From the IMG/VR virus record IMGVR_UViG_3300028775_000009: a stretch of DNA of 64,000 nt; one strand, given 5' to 3'. The notes under the pieces are model-generated. The model was not told the origin of the DNA. It did no database searches and saw only the letters and a program-made list of their open reading frames with translations. Source of the DNA: a virus. Positions within the stretch are counted from its first letter, which is position 1. Each line of letters opens with the position of its first letter. This document shows, one piece after another, positions 17,676 to 27,182 of this stretch. The translations under genes were made by a program, and so were the position numbers.

Positions 17676-18278
17676 GATTAGAACTTTCTCGACATAGGCT
17701 TCGAAGTCTTCGCGGAGGAGGCAGGACGTTACGCAGGGCACGAGAACGCCTTTTTTCATCTCCCATCGAGGGTGAAATCCGGTGTCTTTGAAGCCGAAAC
17801 GTGTCAGAAAGTGCTTTGTCTGGTGGTTGTCCTCATAGCGGATGCCGTGTACCACCTCGAGCTTGAGTTCTTGAAACATGAAAGCCAGACCCAGCAGCCC
17901 CAGCGCCTCAGCGTCAACCGACCCCCAGTACTCGCGAAAGAAGGCATACCCCGCCATGATACCTTTGCCGCCGGCCACGGTCACAGTCCGGAAGATAATG
18001 CCAGCCGGCGTGAACTCCTCACCGTCCCACCGGCCCATAATAACCAGCGGCGTCTTGCTTAGGTAGGAGGTGATTGAGTCCCATGAGATGTCCATGCCGA
18101 AAAACAGCGATTCGAGTATCCCCGTGCCATTTGGGTTGCGATTCGAGTAGCGATCGCCCTTCAGCTTTTGATAGATGAGCCCCAGATAGCCTTCAGGGAA
18201 ATCCGTGCGCAGATAGCCCCGCGCATGGAGATCCCCGACCCTATACTTGTCTTCGGTGAAAGCGTCGAGTATCGACAT
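17652..18278 (-). CDS. GNAT-family (RimJ/RimL-like) acetyltransferase
   Basis: AGYAFFREYWGS...LGLAFMFQELKLEVVHG..YEDNHQTKHFLTRFGFKDTG; GNATs commonly sit before ejection genes in podoviruses. Confidence 0.75.
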   Translation of the reverse strand: MSILDAFTEDKYRVGDLHARGYLRTDFPEGYLGLIYQKLKGDRYSNRNPNGTGILESLFFGMDISWDSITSYLSKTPLVIMGRWDGEEFTPAGIIFRTVTVAGGKGIMAGYAFFREYWGSVDAEALGLLGLAFMFQELKLEVVHGIRYEDNHQTKHFLTRFGFKDTGFHPRWEMKKGVLVPCVTSCLLREDFEAYVEKVLIEAYSQKK

Positions 18279-18716
18279 TTACATCCTCATGAAGATCATT
18301 GCGCTGATCGAACCAAAGATGAAAAGTACTACCGCCGAAACGCCCAGCGCCCACGTCAGGCAGTAACGATTGAGCGTGTATGTGCTCCGCCCCGGCGATC
18401 CATCACGCGGGTAGCGCGAATGCAGGTAACTCTCATACGAGAGGGTTAGCCATAGGTTATAAAGCAGCGCGTAGATGGATGCCGACAGCAAAAATACCGT
18501 CGACATGCCATCGCCAAACCTGGAAAACAGGAGGCTCCCAGCCATGCCGAAACCGAAGATCATCCACGCGATCTTGGCATACCGATCGTAGATGAAGCTA
18601 AAGGTTCCGTGCGACGTGTCGAAGTCGAACTCGAACCTCACGTTCGGGAAGCTGACCCGAGCAATCAGGAAGGCCATTAAAAATGGCGTCAGGACGATCG
18701 CGAGGGTTGTCATCAT
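18279..18716 (-). CDS. Integral membrane protein (~4 TM)
   Basis: Four hydrophobic stretches in 145 aa. Confidence 0.65.
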   Translation of the reverse strand: MMTTLAIVLTPFLMAFLIARVSFPNVRFEFDFDTSHGTFSFIYDRYAKIAWMIFGFGMAGSLLFSRFGDGMSTVFLLSASIYALLYNLWLTLSYESYLHSRYPRDGSPGRSTYTLNRYCLTWALGVSAVVLFIFGSISAMIFMRM

Positions 18717-18997
18717 CCCCGTGGCACCATCTGCGGACGCTGCCCTTGCTGCGGTACGGCGAGTCCGCTCTCGCCCTTCCAGCCAGCTTCGGCCGCCGTG
18801 ACGTGACCGATCGCGTTGGCGGTCGAAATCGCCTTCGGATTGTTGATCTCGGTCAATCCTTCAAGCAGCATGGCTCCGAAGGACTTGTTGAGAAAAACCT
18901 TGATGTCGTGCAGGGCGTTTGCCAGTTGGCTTTCGGTGGGTGCTCCACGGAAACTGATCGCTTCCAGTTTGATATCTTTGAACTCGGTCTCTGCCAT
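18713..18997 (-). CDS. Hypothetical protein (MAETEFKD...)
   Basis: AGGAG RBS before ATG 18997; directly under the operator-containing promoter. Confidence 0.65.
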   Translation of the reverse strand: MAETEFKDIKLEAISFRGAPTESQLANALHDIKVFLNKSFGAMLLEGLTEINNPKAISTANAIGHVTAAEAGWKGESGLAVPQQGQRPQMVPRG

Positions 18998-19012
18998 GTT
19001 TCTCCTCGTCGT

Positions 19013-19053
19013 GATGCTTGCATGAATGTACAACATGCTTGCATGCTCGGCAA
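19013..19053 (-). promoter_or_regulatory. Promoter TTGCCG-17-TACATT with two operators
   Basis: -35 at 19053-19048, -10 at 19030-19025; operators at 19034-19045 (spacer) and 19013-19024 (over the start site). Confidence 0.7.
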
Positions 19054-19059
19054 GGATTT

Positions 19060-19287
19060 TTAGTGTGCCACCGCCATGGTCGGTTGTCGCCGCTGTCGGC
19101 CGGCCAGTTCGAAGTCCCTCTCATCCTCTGAGAGCCTCCGAACTTTGTGCTCGTCAAGCGCGTGGTCTTCGATCCATAAGTCGAAGCAGGTTTGACACAT
19201 CAACGTGTCGTCGGCCTTCCAGACCGGCTTACCCGCCACCTGCCTGCCCTTCAGTTTTTTACATCTCTTACCGGCACAGTCACTCAT
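19060..19287 (-). CDS. Small Cys-containing hypothetical protein
   Basis: CxxxxC and CxxC; overlaps the nozzle stop. Confidence 0.55.
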   Translation of the reverse strand: MSDCAGKRCKKLKGRQVAGKPVWKADDTLMCQTCFDLWIEDHALDEHKVRRLSEDERDFELAGRQRRQPTMAVAH

Positions 19288-22200
19288 GGATTCAGTTCTC
19301 CTATCGCGTAGCTCGCCCCTTCGGCAACCGCCTTGAATTCAACTCTCGGGTTTGCCCAGTCTTGGTAGGGCGCCGTGCTCGTGCCGATCATGCGGAAGGT
19401 GCGCAGGATGACCGCCGAATTCACGCCGTCATTCTGGCCAAACCTCACGCGCACCACTGCCCGATTTGGAGCCGCAGGCAAGGTGAAGGTGTAATACGGT
19501 ACATCGCTCCCATCCGCGTAGAGGTTGTAGATAATCGGCGCGGTCGACTGGTAATCGAAGTAGCCCTGCTTCACCAGCTTCGAGGCATCCGTCCCAAACT
19601 TGATCCAATACGTATCGCGGCTGGTCCGATAGCCTGCGAGCACCGCGACGTAGATATTCTCCTGATAGAGAACCGGCGCGTTGAACACGTTCATGGTGTG
19701 CTGAATGCTCATCGAGTACGCTTGCTGCCCGTCGCCATCGTTGATCTGGAGTTGATTCTTTTGGCGCACGCCCTCAGTGTTGAAGGTGTCCAGAACAAGC
19801 GATACCGGAGGCTCCGTGTCGAAGAGCAGCGTCGTCGCCATATCCTGACTCGCGGTACTTGCATCGGTCTCAAGCACGTTGAACTGGTTTGGGAAGTGAG
19901 AGCTTCCGCGATACGGCGTTTGAATGTCCAGGGCGATCGGCAGGGTCGTTAGCTGTGTGCCAGCCCACCCGCCATCGTCAGAGTCGCCTACACCCTCCTG
20001 CACAATGACGTAGTTGGCTGACGTACCCAACTGCTTCGCCGTCAGCAAAAGGTTGGTGTCCTGCTCCCAGAGCATCGCAGTTGCCGGGATATCGTCATCG
20101 CGGAACCGGTTGTAGCTTGTGTTGTAGATGAGGCGATACCGCTGGCCGCTGTTATTCAGGCTGACATACGACAAGTAGACATCGTTGTTCCAGAACGCCA
20201 TAACCACCTGCGAAAGCTGTGTGGTGTCGACAAGCGGAATCGGCGTCACCTGCGTAGCCGATGGGAGACGATAGAGCCACTCCACCTCCAGCGTCATGTA
20301 CGTGCCTTCAGACCCACGGAAGAGTCTTTGACCATCCGCTGCCTGATACCAGATGCCACCCTCGGCCTGCGTCCAGCCCTTGTTGGCCACGATGCCGTGG
20401 ATTGACCCAGTGGGCTGCCATCCCGGCGTTGCACCCCCTGTGATGACGTACCACGATAGCTGAGTACCTACGTAGAGCGTCCCGCGCCAGTTGACGACCG
20501 CATTGATGATGTCGCTGGAGCTTCCAACCTCGAGATAGTCCTCCGGCCCAAAGTTCTCCGGATATCCTGGCTTAGAGTAGTAAAGGAAGTTCGGATTGTT
20601 CTTATCGCCCGCCAGCCACACCTGGCCGTAAGCGAACGCGCACTGGTCGCATGGCGTTCTCGGCGTAGAAAATGCATACACTGGTTCGCCTGCGTTGTGC
20701 TGAAGCCTCAGTATCCCGGTGAACGATCCTGTACCACCCGTGATGACCTGAATCTCTTCAAGGTTCACCGCGTTGCCAATAACGACGGTTTGATTTGCAA
20801 CGAAGACTGCCGACGCTTGCGCGACACTGATGAGTTGCGGGACGAAGGCGCTGTAGAGAGAGCTTCCCGGCGAACTTGTCGGCAACGATAGCGTCGTCGC
20901 GATCGGGTCTTCGAGTGAGCTCGTCACCGGGGGGTCGTTATCCAGAATGAGTCCCGGCGCTTGCGCCAGAGCCGCGTCGGGGATGACGTCCTTGTAGCTG
21001 AATGGATTGAACCTCGCGACAGCGTTGATTACGTTCGGGATTTGGTCAATATTGAGCCAGTTGTTTGGGTAGATACCGCCGCGGCGGTAGATGCGGACGT
21101 GAGTCACCTGCGGGTCATTTGAGTAAAATCCGTTGACCTGCGCGGCCTGACGCAAAAAGAAGGGTGCCGCTAGCGACGCGAGGTAGCCGAACTGTGTATT
21201 GAACTCCTGCTCCGGAGTTCCGTTCGACTCAGTGCCGGTGTTCGCGTCGTAGTATGTGGCCCGATAGTCGTATCCTGTCCCCCCGAAAGAGCTTGGCCCG
21301 TAGCCCCACTGGAAATAGAGGCCGTTGCATGCGACCGTCGACGAGCCAACCGTGTTGGTGGTGATAACGAGTTGCCATCCAGTGACCGCTGTCCAGTCAG
21401 AGCCAGACTCTCCGGCGTTCCCAATCGGCGTGAAATCCCCCCTGCGCAGATAGATCGTTTGCCACGACCCCTGACCAGTCGAGATGTTGCCAGGCTGCAA
21501 CTGCGCTGTCGTTGAGTTAGGCACTTGCCCCGTCAGGAGTCCGAGGGTATCGGCGAAAATCTGCTGCTCAGTCGTGGTGTAGGCATCCTGGAGCTGCTGA
21601 ACCCCTGCCTGATAGAAAACTGGCGAGATATCCTTGTAGTAGTAGGCCGAGGTATAGCCCGATCCGTTGACGTCAAACTGGATGCGGATATTTGAGATTG
21701 CCGCTGGATCGCCCACTGCGAGCGTGAGCACAATGAGGTCATCATCGGTCGCCTGATTATTGATGTTTAAATTGATTGGAACGGTAACACCAACCGTCGC
21801 AGTTGTATTCTGCGCAACCGTGCCAACGAACGAGCCAACCTGAAACGCCGTCTCTGTGGTCGGCACCTGCTGATAGAAGCCCCATGCCGACATCTGCGGC
21901 GGGTAGGGATTCGAATATTCTGCCGTCAAAACGCATGTATTCGGTGCGGCTGCTCCGCCGTTGAGGGTTCCGCCCGTCGCGCTCAGCAGTGCGCCTGACT
22001 TGTAGGGAACCGTTAGCGTGGTCGCGCTCGAAACGGTAGCTGTATAGAACCCATCCAACAGATCGTTTGAGCTTCCATAGATGGAGATGCTGGTGGTGCC
22101 CGTCAGTCCATGCGGCTCCTGTGTCGTAATCAGGAGTGCGGTGTACATGCCAAACGCAAATCCACTGGTCACGATCGACGAGATTGGCACTTGCACAACA

Positions 22201-23333
22201 GTGTTCGTATTAAGGACGCTCAGCATCCCGTTGGTGATCTGATTGAAGACGTCGGGTGCGGTGATGACCGCGTTGATGTCGAAGGTAGTCGCAGTGCCGC
22301 CAACTGTCCCGGCTGTGGCGATAACCGACATCGTCGACCTGATCTGGAGGGTGTCGATATTGCTGAGTCCGGGGATATTGAGGCTGGGGCTGCCGCCAAT
22401 CTGTTGATTGGAGCTACCGGTCTGGCTGAAGAAGTTAGTCCATGTCACACCAGAGTTGATGGAATAGTCGAGTGAAATTGTGCGCGAGCCGGAATTGCCG
22501 GGGATCCCACCAGTGGGAACGTTGACGAACATCGACAGCGATACGGTCTCAGTCCCGGTAACCGGAGCGGACGCGAAGCCGGAGTAAATCTGCACGTTGC
22601 TTGTCGAGCCTGGAGCTGTAACGCTCGCGTTGTTCGCGCCTCCGGCAATCGAGAAGGTGCCTGCCCCAAATGGCTGCACTCCAAAAAAGTCGGTGAAATC
22701 GGTGACGGTCTGGCCGGAAGAGGCTTGCAGCTTGGTCACCGCGCTATAGGCCCATCCGCCCGAGAATCCGCTCGTGGTGTAGGCGTTGCCAGGGGCAAAG
22801 TTATCGATCAGGGTTAGCAGGGGCGAGTAGGGTACAGTGTTGAGCGTGTACGGCGAGGAATCAATTCCGGTAAGTTCCGGCGTTCCAGTACCGGAGTCCT
22901 TGATTGAAGTGTTGGCGTCGTAGATGAAGAGGTAAGGGAGGCTCGACTCGAAGGTGCTGCCATCCAGCCAGCCAAACGGAGACCCTGATAGGCCAGTGAA
23001 GATGTTGGTGTACTGCCCCTGCGTATTGCCAGTCCTTCGATAGAGGTTGCCTTCGGAGTCGCCTGCATAGCGATATGCATTCGTCTTGTAAGTCAGGCGC
23101 GCCAGCGTGGTGATCGGGTCAGGGAAGAAGTAATTACTGGTCCCCACGCCAACCGGGTCGCGGTTGATGATCTGGGTGCCATAGCGCGAAGACATGGAGT
23201 TCTCGGCGCGCTCGTACGCATTCATTAGATTCAGAAAAGTTCCCGGCGGGCATTCGTCAGTGACAGCGCGGGCTATAATCCCCTTGCTCTCGTACACCAT
23301 CTCTACTGGTTTGTATTGAGTGTCCTGGCTCAT
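19284..23333 (-). CDS. Tail nozzle / tail tubular protein B-like (P22 gp10 / T7 gp12 class), 1349 aa
   Basis: Beta-propeller-type segments (AFAYGQVWLAGDKNNPNFLYYSKPGYPENF; GIVANKGWTQAEGGIWYQAADG) and position in the tail block. Confidence 0.7.
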   Translation of the reverse strand: MSQDTQYKPVEMVYESKGIIARAVTDECPPGTFLNLMNAYERAENSMSSRYGTQIINRDPVGVGTSNYFFPDPITTLARLTYKTNAYRYAGDSEGNLYRRTGNTQGQYTNIFTGLSGSPFGWLDGSTFESSLPYLFIYDANTSIKDSGTGTPELTGIDSSPYTLNTVPYSPLLTLIDNFAPGNAYTTSGFSGGWAYSAVTKLQASSGQTVTDFTDFFGVQPFGAGTFSIAGGANNASVTAPGSTSNVQIYSGFASAPVTGTETVSLSMFVNVPTGGIPGNSGSRTISLDYSINSGVTWTNFFSQTGSSNQQIGGSPSLNIPGLSNIDTLQIRSTMSVIATAGTVGGTATTFDINAVITAPDVFNQITNGMLSVLNTNTVVQVPISSIVTSGFAFGMYTALLITTQEPHGLTGTTSISIYGSSNDLLDGFYTATVSSATTLTVPYKSGALLSATGGTLNGGAAAPNTCVLTAEYSNPYPPQMSAWGFYQQVPTTETAFQVGSFVGTVAQNTTATVGVTVPINLNINNQATDDDLIVLTLAVGDPAAISNIRIQFDVNGSGYTSAYYYKDISPVFYQAGVQQLQDAYTTTEQQIFADTLGLLTGQVPNSTTAQLQPGNISTGQGSWQTIYLRRGDFTPIGNAGESGSDWTAVTGWQLVITTNTVGSSTVACNGLYFQWGYGPSSFGGTGYDYRATYYDANTGTESNGTPEQEFNTQFGYLASLAAPFFLRQAAQVNGFYSNDPQVTHVRIYRRGGIYPNNWLNIDQIPNVINAVARFNPFSYKDVIPDAALAQAPGLILDNDPPVTSSLEDPIATTLSLPTSSPGSSLYSAFVPQLISVAQASAVFVANQTVVIGNAVNLEEIQVITGGTGSFTGILRLQHNAGEPVYAFSTPRTPCDQCAFAYGQVWLAGDKNNPNFLYYSKPGYPENFGPEDYLEVGSSSDIINAVVNWRGTLYVGTQLSWYVITGGATPGWQPTGSIHGIVANKGWTQAEGGIWYQAADGQRLFRGSEGTYMTLEVEWLYRLPSATQVTPIPLVDTTQLSQVVMAFWNNDVYLSYVSLNNSGQRYRLIYNTSYNRFRDDDIPATAMLWEQDTNLLLTAKQLGTSANYVIVQEGVGDSDDGGWAGTQLTTLPIALDIQTPYRGSSHFPNQFNVLETDASTASQDMATTLLFDTEPPVSLVLDTFNTEGVRQKNQLQINDGDGQQAYSMSIQHTMNVFNAPVLYQENIYVAVLAGYRTSRDTYWIKFGTDASKLVKQGYFDYQSTAPIIYNLYADGSDVPYYTFTLPAAPNRAVVRVRFGQNDGVNSAVILRTFRMIGTSTAPYQDWANPRVEFKAVAEGASYAIGELNP

Positions 23334-23623
23334 TCGAAGGTCACCACCTGGCCTTTGAAACTATGAGCGACGTTTGTCATTAGGTCGATGTGCTGCTTCC
23401 GCGCCAAAGCCTCCGCGTGACGCTCTTTCAGCCACTTCGACATCGCTGCCTTTATGCTCTCCGGCGTTCGCGGCCCATCGCCGTGGTAGGTACGAAACAA
23501 CGCGTGCGGCCAGAGTCCATGAGTTTCTTCAGGGCCAAAGGTGTCGCCATCCCTTACGCGAAACGTGACCTGAAAGTGTCCGGTCATACCGTCGACGTCC
23601 GACTTCACGATCTGGATGGCCAT
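23330..23623 (-). CDS. Hypothetical protein (97 aa)
   Basis: Coupled to the nozzle start; GAGG RBS. Confidence 0.6.
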   Translation of the reverse strand: MAIQIVKSDVDGMTGHFQVTFRVRDGDTFGPEETHGLWPHALFRTYHGDGPRTPESIKAAMSKWLKERHAEALARKQHIDLMTNVAHSFKGQVVTFE

Positions 23624-23640
23624 GGCAACCTCATTCTAAT

Positions 23641-24609
23641 CTACAATCTGGCGACGATACGATTCCCGTTATTCTGCGCGGCGGGCACGGTAGCTCCGGC
23701 GGCACTCTGCGTCGTCACCACGCCGCCGGCGTTGATGACGACGACCGCGATCAGCACTTGCCCGTCTACGTTAGCTGCAAGACGATTCTGTTGGCTATCG
23801 CTGCTAAAGGGTCCTGAAACCGCTAAGGTGTGGCTTGGATTCTTGAGGTACACGTAGTAACACCCGCCTGTTGAAGCCGCGCCTCCGGTAGTTGTCCCAT
23901 CGGCAAAACCGGGCTGGGCCCACGTCAGCGTCGTACCTGAAGCGCTAATAAGTTCGAAGGTTCCATCAAACGACGAGTCCAGCGCACCCAGTTCATAGAT
24001 CGACTCACCCGCCGACAGTCCAGTAAATACGCCTGTGGCCGTGACTACGCCCGATGTCCGCGTCATCGACGTAATCGCCTGTGAGCTTGGTAATGGAACC
24101 GTGTCGGAGAACGTGCCGTAAGGGACGATCGAGCCATCGACATAGAGGTGGAAGCCTGCGCTGATAGTGAAAGTTACTGATCCACCTGATGGTGCTCCAG
24201 CCGAGACAATCGAGGTATTGGTGGTCGGTGCGGTGTTGGTCACGCCATTGAGGAAGGTGCTGTAGCTCTCCTGCTGTGTCTTCGAATTGAGCGCCCGATA
24301 CGTCTTGAGGCCAGGACCAGTTTTTGTCCCAGCCTCAAGTTGAGGAGCAAGAGCCTGCGCAGAGTAGTTTTTCTCGGCATGACCCTTGCTGATGGCGTCA
24401 GTCGGAGATTGTGGCTCCCCAACCCCGCTCACCGTCGCACCTTGCATGTCGATTCCCGCTGGCAGCGCAGTCTTTCCGGCTGATCCGTTGCCTGCGTTGA
24501 TCGCATTGGCGAACTGCTGCATCACCGTGTTGAAGTACCCCATATTGGGGTCGTCAAAATCTGCCTTGGTGAAGTTGCTGAATTGAACAGGGGCAGGCTT
24601 GTTAGCCAT
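23641..24609 (-). CDS. Virion tail-associated structural protein (322 aa)
   Basis: Fibre-like ISGVGEPQSPTDAISKG segment plus a small beta module (ITSMTRTSGVVTAT). Confidence 0.5.
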   Translation of the reverse strand: MANKPAPVQFSNFTKADFDDPNMGYFNTVMQQFANAINAGNGSAGKTALPAGIDMQGATVSGVGEPQSPTDAISKGHAEKNYSAQALAPQLEAGTKTGPGLKTYRALNSKTQQESYSTFLNGVTNTAPTTNTSIVSAGAPSGGSVTFTISAGFHLYVDGSIVPYGTFSDTVPLPSSQAITSMTRTSGVVTATGVFTGLSAGESIYELGALDSSFDGTFELISASGTTLTWAQPGFADGTTTGGAASTGGCYYVYLKNPSHTLAVSGPFSSDSQQNRLAANVDGQVLIAVVVINAGGVVTTQSAAGATVPAAQNNGNRIVARL

Positions 24610-25781
24610 TAGCGCCTCCCGCTCTTCATCGCCAGCATATTGTCGATGTACCGGTTGGTCGTATCCACCCCACGGTCGAACCTCCCTTTGCAGTAGTTCG
24701 CAAGCATCGGCTGAATGCGAACGCCTTCCTTGGTAAACATGTACTCCATCGTTTTGTAGATGACGTAGTGGAGGCAGACGTCGGGGACAAGGAAGCCATC
24801 GGTCAGCAGCAGGGTGTCGGAGTCCCGAGTGGCGGTCAGGATCTCAATCGGGAAGTTGCTCGACGGTGGCGCGTTAAGTCCAAACTGGTAGAGTCCGGAG
24901 CGATCTTCGAAAAAAGCAGTGGGGTTGTTCGCGTAGTCGTTTCGCCAGTTCCGGTTCTGCATAGTGAGTTCAGCCATCGTGATCTCGTACAGCCGGACCC
25001 AGTAGTAAATGAGCGCCGTGTCAGTGGTCGAATCGGGGCCAATCTGGTTGTAGGTAAACGTTGTGGAGTTGATAACGCTGGCAACCTGAAAGACTCCGGT
25101 AAACGACGTGTCGGCAAAGGTACTTCCGCCGTACCCGCCCTCGCCGAATCCGCCTTCGCCATAGCCCTCGCCTGACGAACTGGGCGCCACGTAGACGAAG
25201 AAGGTGCTGCCGACGACCAGTACGCTTGGGTCGTTCGTTACCGCGGTCACTACGCCGCCCGTGCGAGTCAGCGATACCGTTGGGATGTAAACGGTGGAGA
25301 TGGCGACGCGGTCGATTTGGGTTGCCGTGTCGGGCAGTGATTGAAAGATGTTTCCGTAGAGCGCGTTCTGCTCGTAGATGGTGTAGAAGGCTGGCACCTT
25401 CGACAGAAACTCGTTTTGAGCTCGCGCCAGATAATCAAGTATCTCCGCCTGGGTGAAGTACGGGTCGGTCGGCTGCTGCGATGGAAAGGTTGCTGCAGTA
25501 ACCGTCTCGCCCGATGCGTGGCCAAAACCGAAGTTTGCCTGAATCTCGTTGGTCTCCGGGTTGGCGGTTACGACCGTGATGATTTCGAGGTCGGCGCCGG
25601 TTCCCACCACAAGCATCGCGCCAGCGTAGACGGCGTTGTCGAAAGAGGCTAAAGGTACGGTTTGCAGTCCGGTGGATACGTCCGCGGCCAGGGTGGTGCT
25701 GACGTAGTTTTCACACAGTCGGAGACTGATTTCGATGAGGACGTCGTTTGCAGTTCTGTACCCGACGCCCGTCGTTGCCAT
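24609..25781 (-). CDS. Head-tail adaptor ring-like protein with inserted beta domains (390 aa)
   Basis: N-terminal helix TANDVLIEISLRL, FTQAEILDYLARAQNEF and C-terminal VPDVCLHYVIYKTMEYMFTKEG. Confidence 0.5.
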   Translation of the reverse strand: MATTGVGYRTANDVLIEISLRLCENYVSTTLAADVSTGLQTVPLASFDNAVYAGAMLVVGTGADLEIITVVTANPETNEIQANFGFGHASGETVTAATFPSQQPTDPYFTQAEILDYLARAQNEFLSKVPAFYTIYEQNALYGNIFQSLPDTATQIDRVAISTVYIPTVSLTRTGGVVTAVTNDPSVLVVGSTFFVYVAPSSSGEGYGEGGFGEGGYGGSTFADTSFTGVFQVASVINSTTFTYNQIGPDSTTDTALIYYWVRLYEITMAELTMQNRNWRNDYANNPTAFFEDRSGLYQFGLNAPPSSNFPIEILTATRDSDTLLLTDGFLVPDVCLHYVIYKTMEYMFTKEGVRIQPMLANYCKGRFDRGVDTTNRYIDNMLAMKSGRR

Positions 25782-25805
25782 CGAAATTATCTCCCGTCGC
25801 CTAGC

Positions 25806-26486
25806 TTACACCGACGCCAGTTCTTCGGTCTCCACCTTTGCAGGCTCCGGCTTCATCCCGTACTTTGCCATGGTCTCAACCTTCTCTGTAACGCCCATCG
25901 TATCCCAGATTCTCCACGCAAAACCCTTCGGCTTCTTCAGTGTGGTGAGGTCGATGGATTTCGGATCTACAACGACTACGGCCTTGGAGTTCATCTCCTC
26001 GATCGCGAGTTGAAGACCAGATTTTTCAACCAGTCCCGGCCCGGCCGTAATTGTGATCTCGCCGCCAAAGACCTCGCCAACGGTCGACTCAGGGGTGAAT
26101 CCTTGCGACAGACCGATTACGTTAATTTCTACGCCGAGAATTTCCGGTTCCGCCGTGGCGCCGGCAGTGATCTCCTTGAAGAGCTTCTCCGCGTCGTCGT
26201 CATCCTCTTCGACCACGGCAACAGTCTCAACTACAGGTGCGTGCTCCTCGTCCCAATTGTCAGGCTTCCGAACGGAGAAGGTTCCGCTTCCGCCACACTT
26301 GTCGCAGGTAGACTTCATATCGCCGGCCGCCGCTCCAGCTACCGGGACGGTTGTCTGGCCGGTGCCTGAGCATGCGAGGCATACTGCCACAAAACCTCGG
26401 GAGAAACAGTTCTTGCAGCCCATGGGTACGTCTGGATTGGTGCAGTGGCATCTCGATACAACTCCGTGAAAATCGGTTAGTTTCAT
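25806..26486 (-). CDS. DnaJ-type zinc-finger protein with acidic tail
   Basis: CKNCFSRG, CLACSGTG and CDKCGGSG (CxxCxGxG-like); start MKLTDF just after the upstream stop. Confidence 0.6.
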   Translation of the reverse strand: MKLTDFHGVVSRCHCTNPDVPMGCKNCFSRGFVAVCLACSGTGQTTVPVAGAAAGDMKSTCDKCGGSGTFSVRKPDNWDEEHAPVVETVAVVEEDDDDAEKLFKEITAGATAEPEILGVEINVIGLSQGFTPESTVGEVFGGEITITAGPGLVEKSGLQLAIEEMNSKAVVVVDPKSIDLTTLKKPKGFAWRIWDTMGVTEKVETMAKYGMKPEPAKVETEELASV

Positions 26487-26491
26487 CCTCG

Positions 26492-27178
26492 TCACCTTCG
26501 TTTGATTGGATTGACCTGCATGGGTGCCCCGGTAGCGCGAGACCAAATGTAAATATCGCGGCGGTCCTGAATCTGCGTCATGCGCGCCGCCTGGTCTAAA
26601 AACGATTGGAGCATTTTATTGCTCTCGCTGAATTCATTTCCAGCCTCCTTGAACCGTGCGTAGTGCGCGGCATACTCCTGAAGCGCCGAAAAGAATTGGT
26701 CCTCAAACGGCACCGTCTGCGCTCCATCATAAGGCCAAGTCTCGGTCGAAGGGTACTGAATTCCAGTGAGGAGCACTGTTTGGCCCGTGTAGACCGAGGG
26801 ATGCACCACAAACATATTGAAGCCGAGCGGAGCCCAATGCTCGATGACATCGCCCATATCCTGCTCCCAGTCCGATCCCCATGAGTTTTGGAGATAGTCG
26901 AGGTCTTCAAGCGTATACTTCCACGCCTCCGAAGCCGCACCTTGAACGTTGGTGATGCAGAGCATCCCTTTGGGGACGAGTTGCCACGGGGTATTCGGCA
27001 CGATCGAGAATGGCTGGCTGACGATCTGCGTTGGTCGTCCCACCAGAAGCATCAGTTCGTTGCATGCCTCGACCAGGCCGGGGTAAATTTCGGTCGCGAG
27101 CTTCCAGAATACGCCTGGCCCCACGGGCTCCTCTAAACGATTCTGAACGTCGGCCGCGAGTGAAGCGATGGTTGCCAT
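26492..27178 (-). CDS. Head-tail adaptor / tail tubular protein A-like (228 aa)
   Basis: ATIASLAADVQNRLEE...VPFEDQFFSALQEYAAHYARFKE, the typical adaptor N- and C-terminal helices. Confidence 0.6.
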   Translation of the reverse strand: MATIASLAADVQNRLEEPVGPGVFWKLATEIYPGLVEACNELMLLVGRPTQIVSQPFSIVPNTPWQLVPKGMLCITNVQGAASEAWKYTLEDLDYLQNSWGSDWEQDMGDVIEHWAPLGFNMFVVHPSVYTGQTVLLTGIQYPSTETWPYDGAQTVPFEDQFFSALQEYAAHYARFKEAGNEFSESNKMLQSFLDQAARMTQIQDRRDIYIWSRATGAPMQVNPIKRR

Positions 27179-27182
27179 AATT

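Noticed and set aside
17652-17766. Independent ATG start at 17766 for the 207-aa ORF
   Set aside because: It would overlap the GNAT by 114 nt with an uninformative N-terminus; the frameshift signal explains the ORF better.
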